This document shows, piece by piece, positions 62,857-64,000 of a stretch of 64,000 bases of DNA. The notes under the pieces were generated by a model, which searched no databases, had not been told where the DNA came from, and worked only from the letters and a program-made list of their open reading frames with translations. Each line of letters starts with the position of its first letter. The first letter of the stretch is position 1. Made by a program: the position numbers and the translations under genes. Where the stretch lies: positions 124,001 to 188,000 of the forward strand of contig CM076002.1 of assembly GCA_038087875.1 (NCBI GenBank), in the 5' to 3' direction. This stretch comes from Malacoraja senta (Eukaryota).

Positions 62857-64000
62857 CTGGGCACACACAACACCCCTGGTCACCAAAGGTCAATGCACCA
62901 GCCCTTGAACCCCCCCCCACCACCACCCCCCGACTCCCACCCCCCATCCCCTACCCCTCCACCTGTGAATATGCAGGGATTTGGCTACTTTGGAAATGGC
63001 AGGTGTCTGAAAGACTAGGGAGAGAGTATTAGATACAAATCAAGAAGGGTTTGGACTCCAGTGTTCGACTCAGTGCTTGCTGAACCAGACTAGGGAGAGA
63101 GTATTAGATCCGGAATCAACACACCCACTCCCGATCACTGGGCACACACACGCCCTTACTCACCAAAGGTCAATGTACCAGCCTTTGCCACCGACCCCCA
63201 CCCATTCACCCACCCGATACCCACCCCAATCACGATCCCAGGGCACACTCGACACCCTGGTCACCAAGGTCAATGTACCAGCCTTGACCCCCGACCCCAC
63301 CCCTTCACCCACCCTGATACCCACCCAATCACGATCCCAGATCCCTAGGCACACACAACACCCCTGGTCACCAAGGTAATGTACCAGCCTTGACCCCCCA
63401 CCCCTTCACCCACCCCGATTTCTGGGAACACATAACACCTCTGGTATCGGAGGGTCAACGTGCCACCCCGATCCCCACCTCCACCCATGCTGCTCCTCAC
63501 CCCCACGATCTCAGGCAGACACAACGTCCTGGTGACCAAGGTCCAACTCGCCAGCCTTGTACCCAGGGAGAAATACCCTTCCTCCCCCCATCCCGATCCC
63601 CACCCGCACCCAACCTCCACCCTCACCCCCACCCTGATCTACTTGTACAGCTTTTACCACTCTATCTAAATGTGCTGCCACTTTCAGAGTTATGGACTTC
63701 GATACACGTGACAATCATTGATTCATTTAGTTTATTAATGTCACTTGTGTCGAGGTACAGTAAAAAGCTTTCTTGTTGTGTGCTATCCATGAAAAGACTA
63801 TACATGATTATATATAAGCGACTTTGAGTCCTGAAAAGCACTATATAAAATAAATATTATTATTATTATAATCAAGCTGTCCACAGTGTACATACAGGAT
63901 AAAGGGAATAACATTTATTGCAAGATACAGTCCAGTAAAGTCTGTCCAAGGGTCTCCAATGAGGTAGATGGGAGGGGTGGGACCACATTCTAGTTTGTGA

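Larger units (their letters stand above)
58206..64000 (-). repeat. Inverted segmental duplication of ~17486-30210 (lacking two large TE insertions)
   Basis: Collinear reverse-complement similarity of exons, introns and CR1 remnants. Homology runs to the window end. Confidence 0.85.

Overview
Vertebrate nuclear DNA. The repeat landscape (CR1 LINEs with (TTCTATGT)n tails, V-SINEs, Penelope-derived repeats) suggests a cartilaginous fish, probably a skate or ray; this is an inference. The only host gene is a six-exon retinol dehydrogenase 11/12-like SDR on the + strand (CDS 1083-33371, 336 aa by my splicing, all GT-AG, frame-consistent). A second, inverted, frameshifted partial copy (exons 2-4) lies at 61191-62856, beyond an assembly gap. 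The rest is mostly nested transposons: a Gypsy remnant carrying two Vingi-like fragments and a near full-length CR1, a hAT fossil, L1 fragments, three DIRS1-type tyrosine-recombinase retrotransposons, an ERV env/LTR remnant, Helitron-like elements with minisatellites, Harbinger/hAT MITEs and Penelope-type palindromes. Most notable observations: a shared putative leader intron in three divergent DIRS elements; an empty DIRS site showing AAT-core integration; a T_TTA_AAC slippery site at the CR1 ORF1/ORF2 overlap; locally templated 5'-junction duplications at two LINE insertions; a 4.7-kb composite Helitron-like block at an A|T site; and a TSD-flanked palindrome with a hammerhead ribozyme motif. 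There are two 200-N gaps. All coordinates were read by eye and no database search was run.
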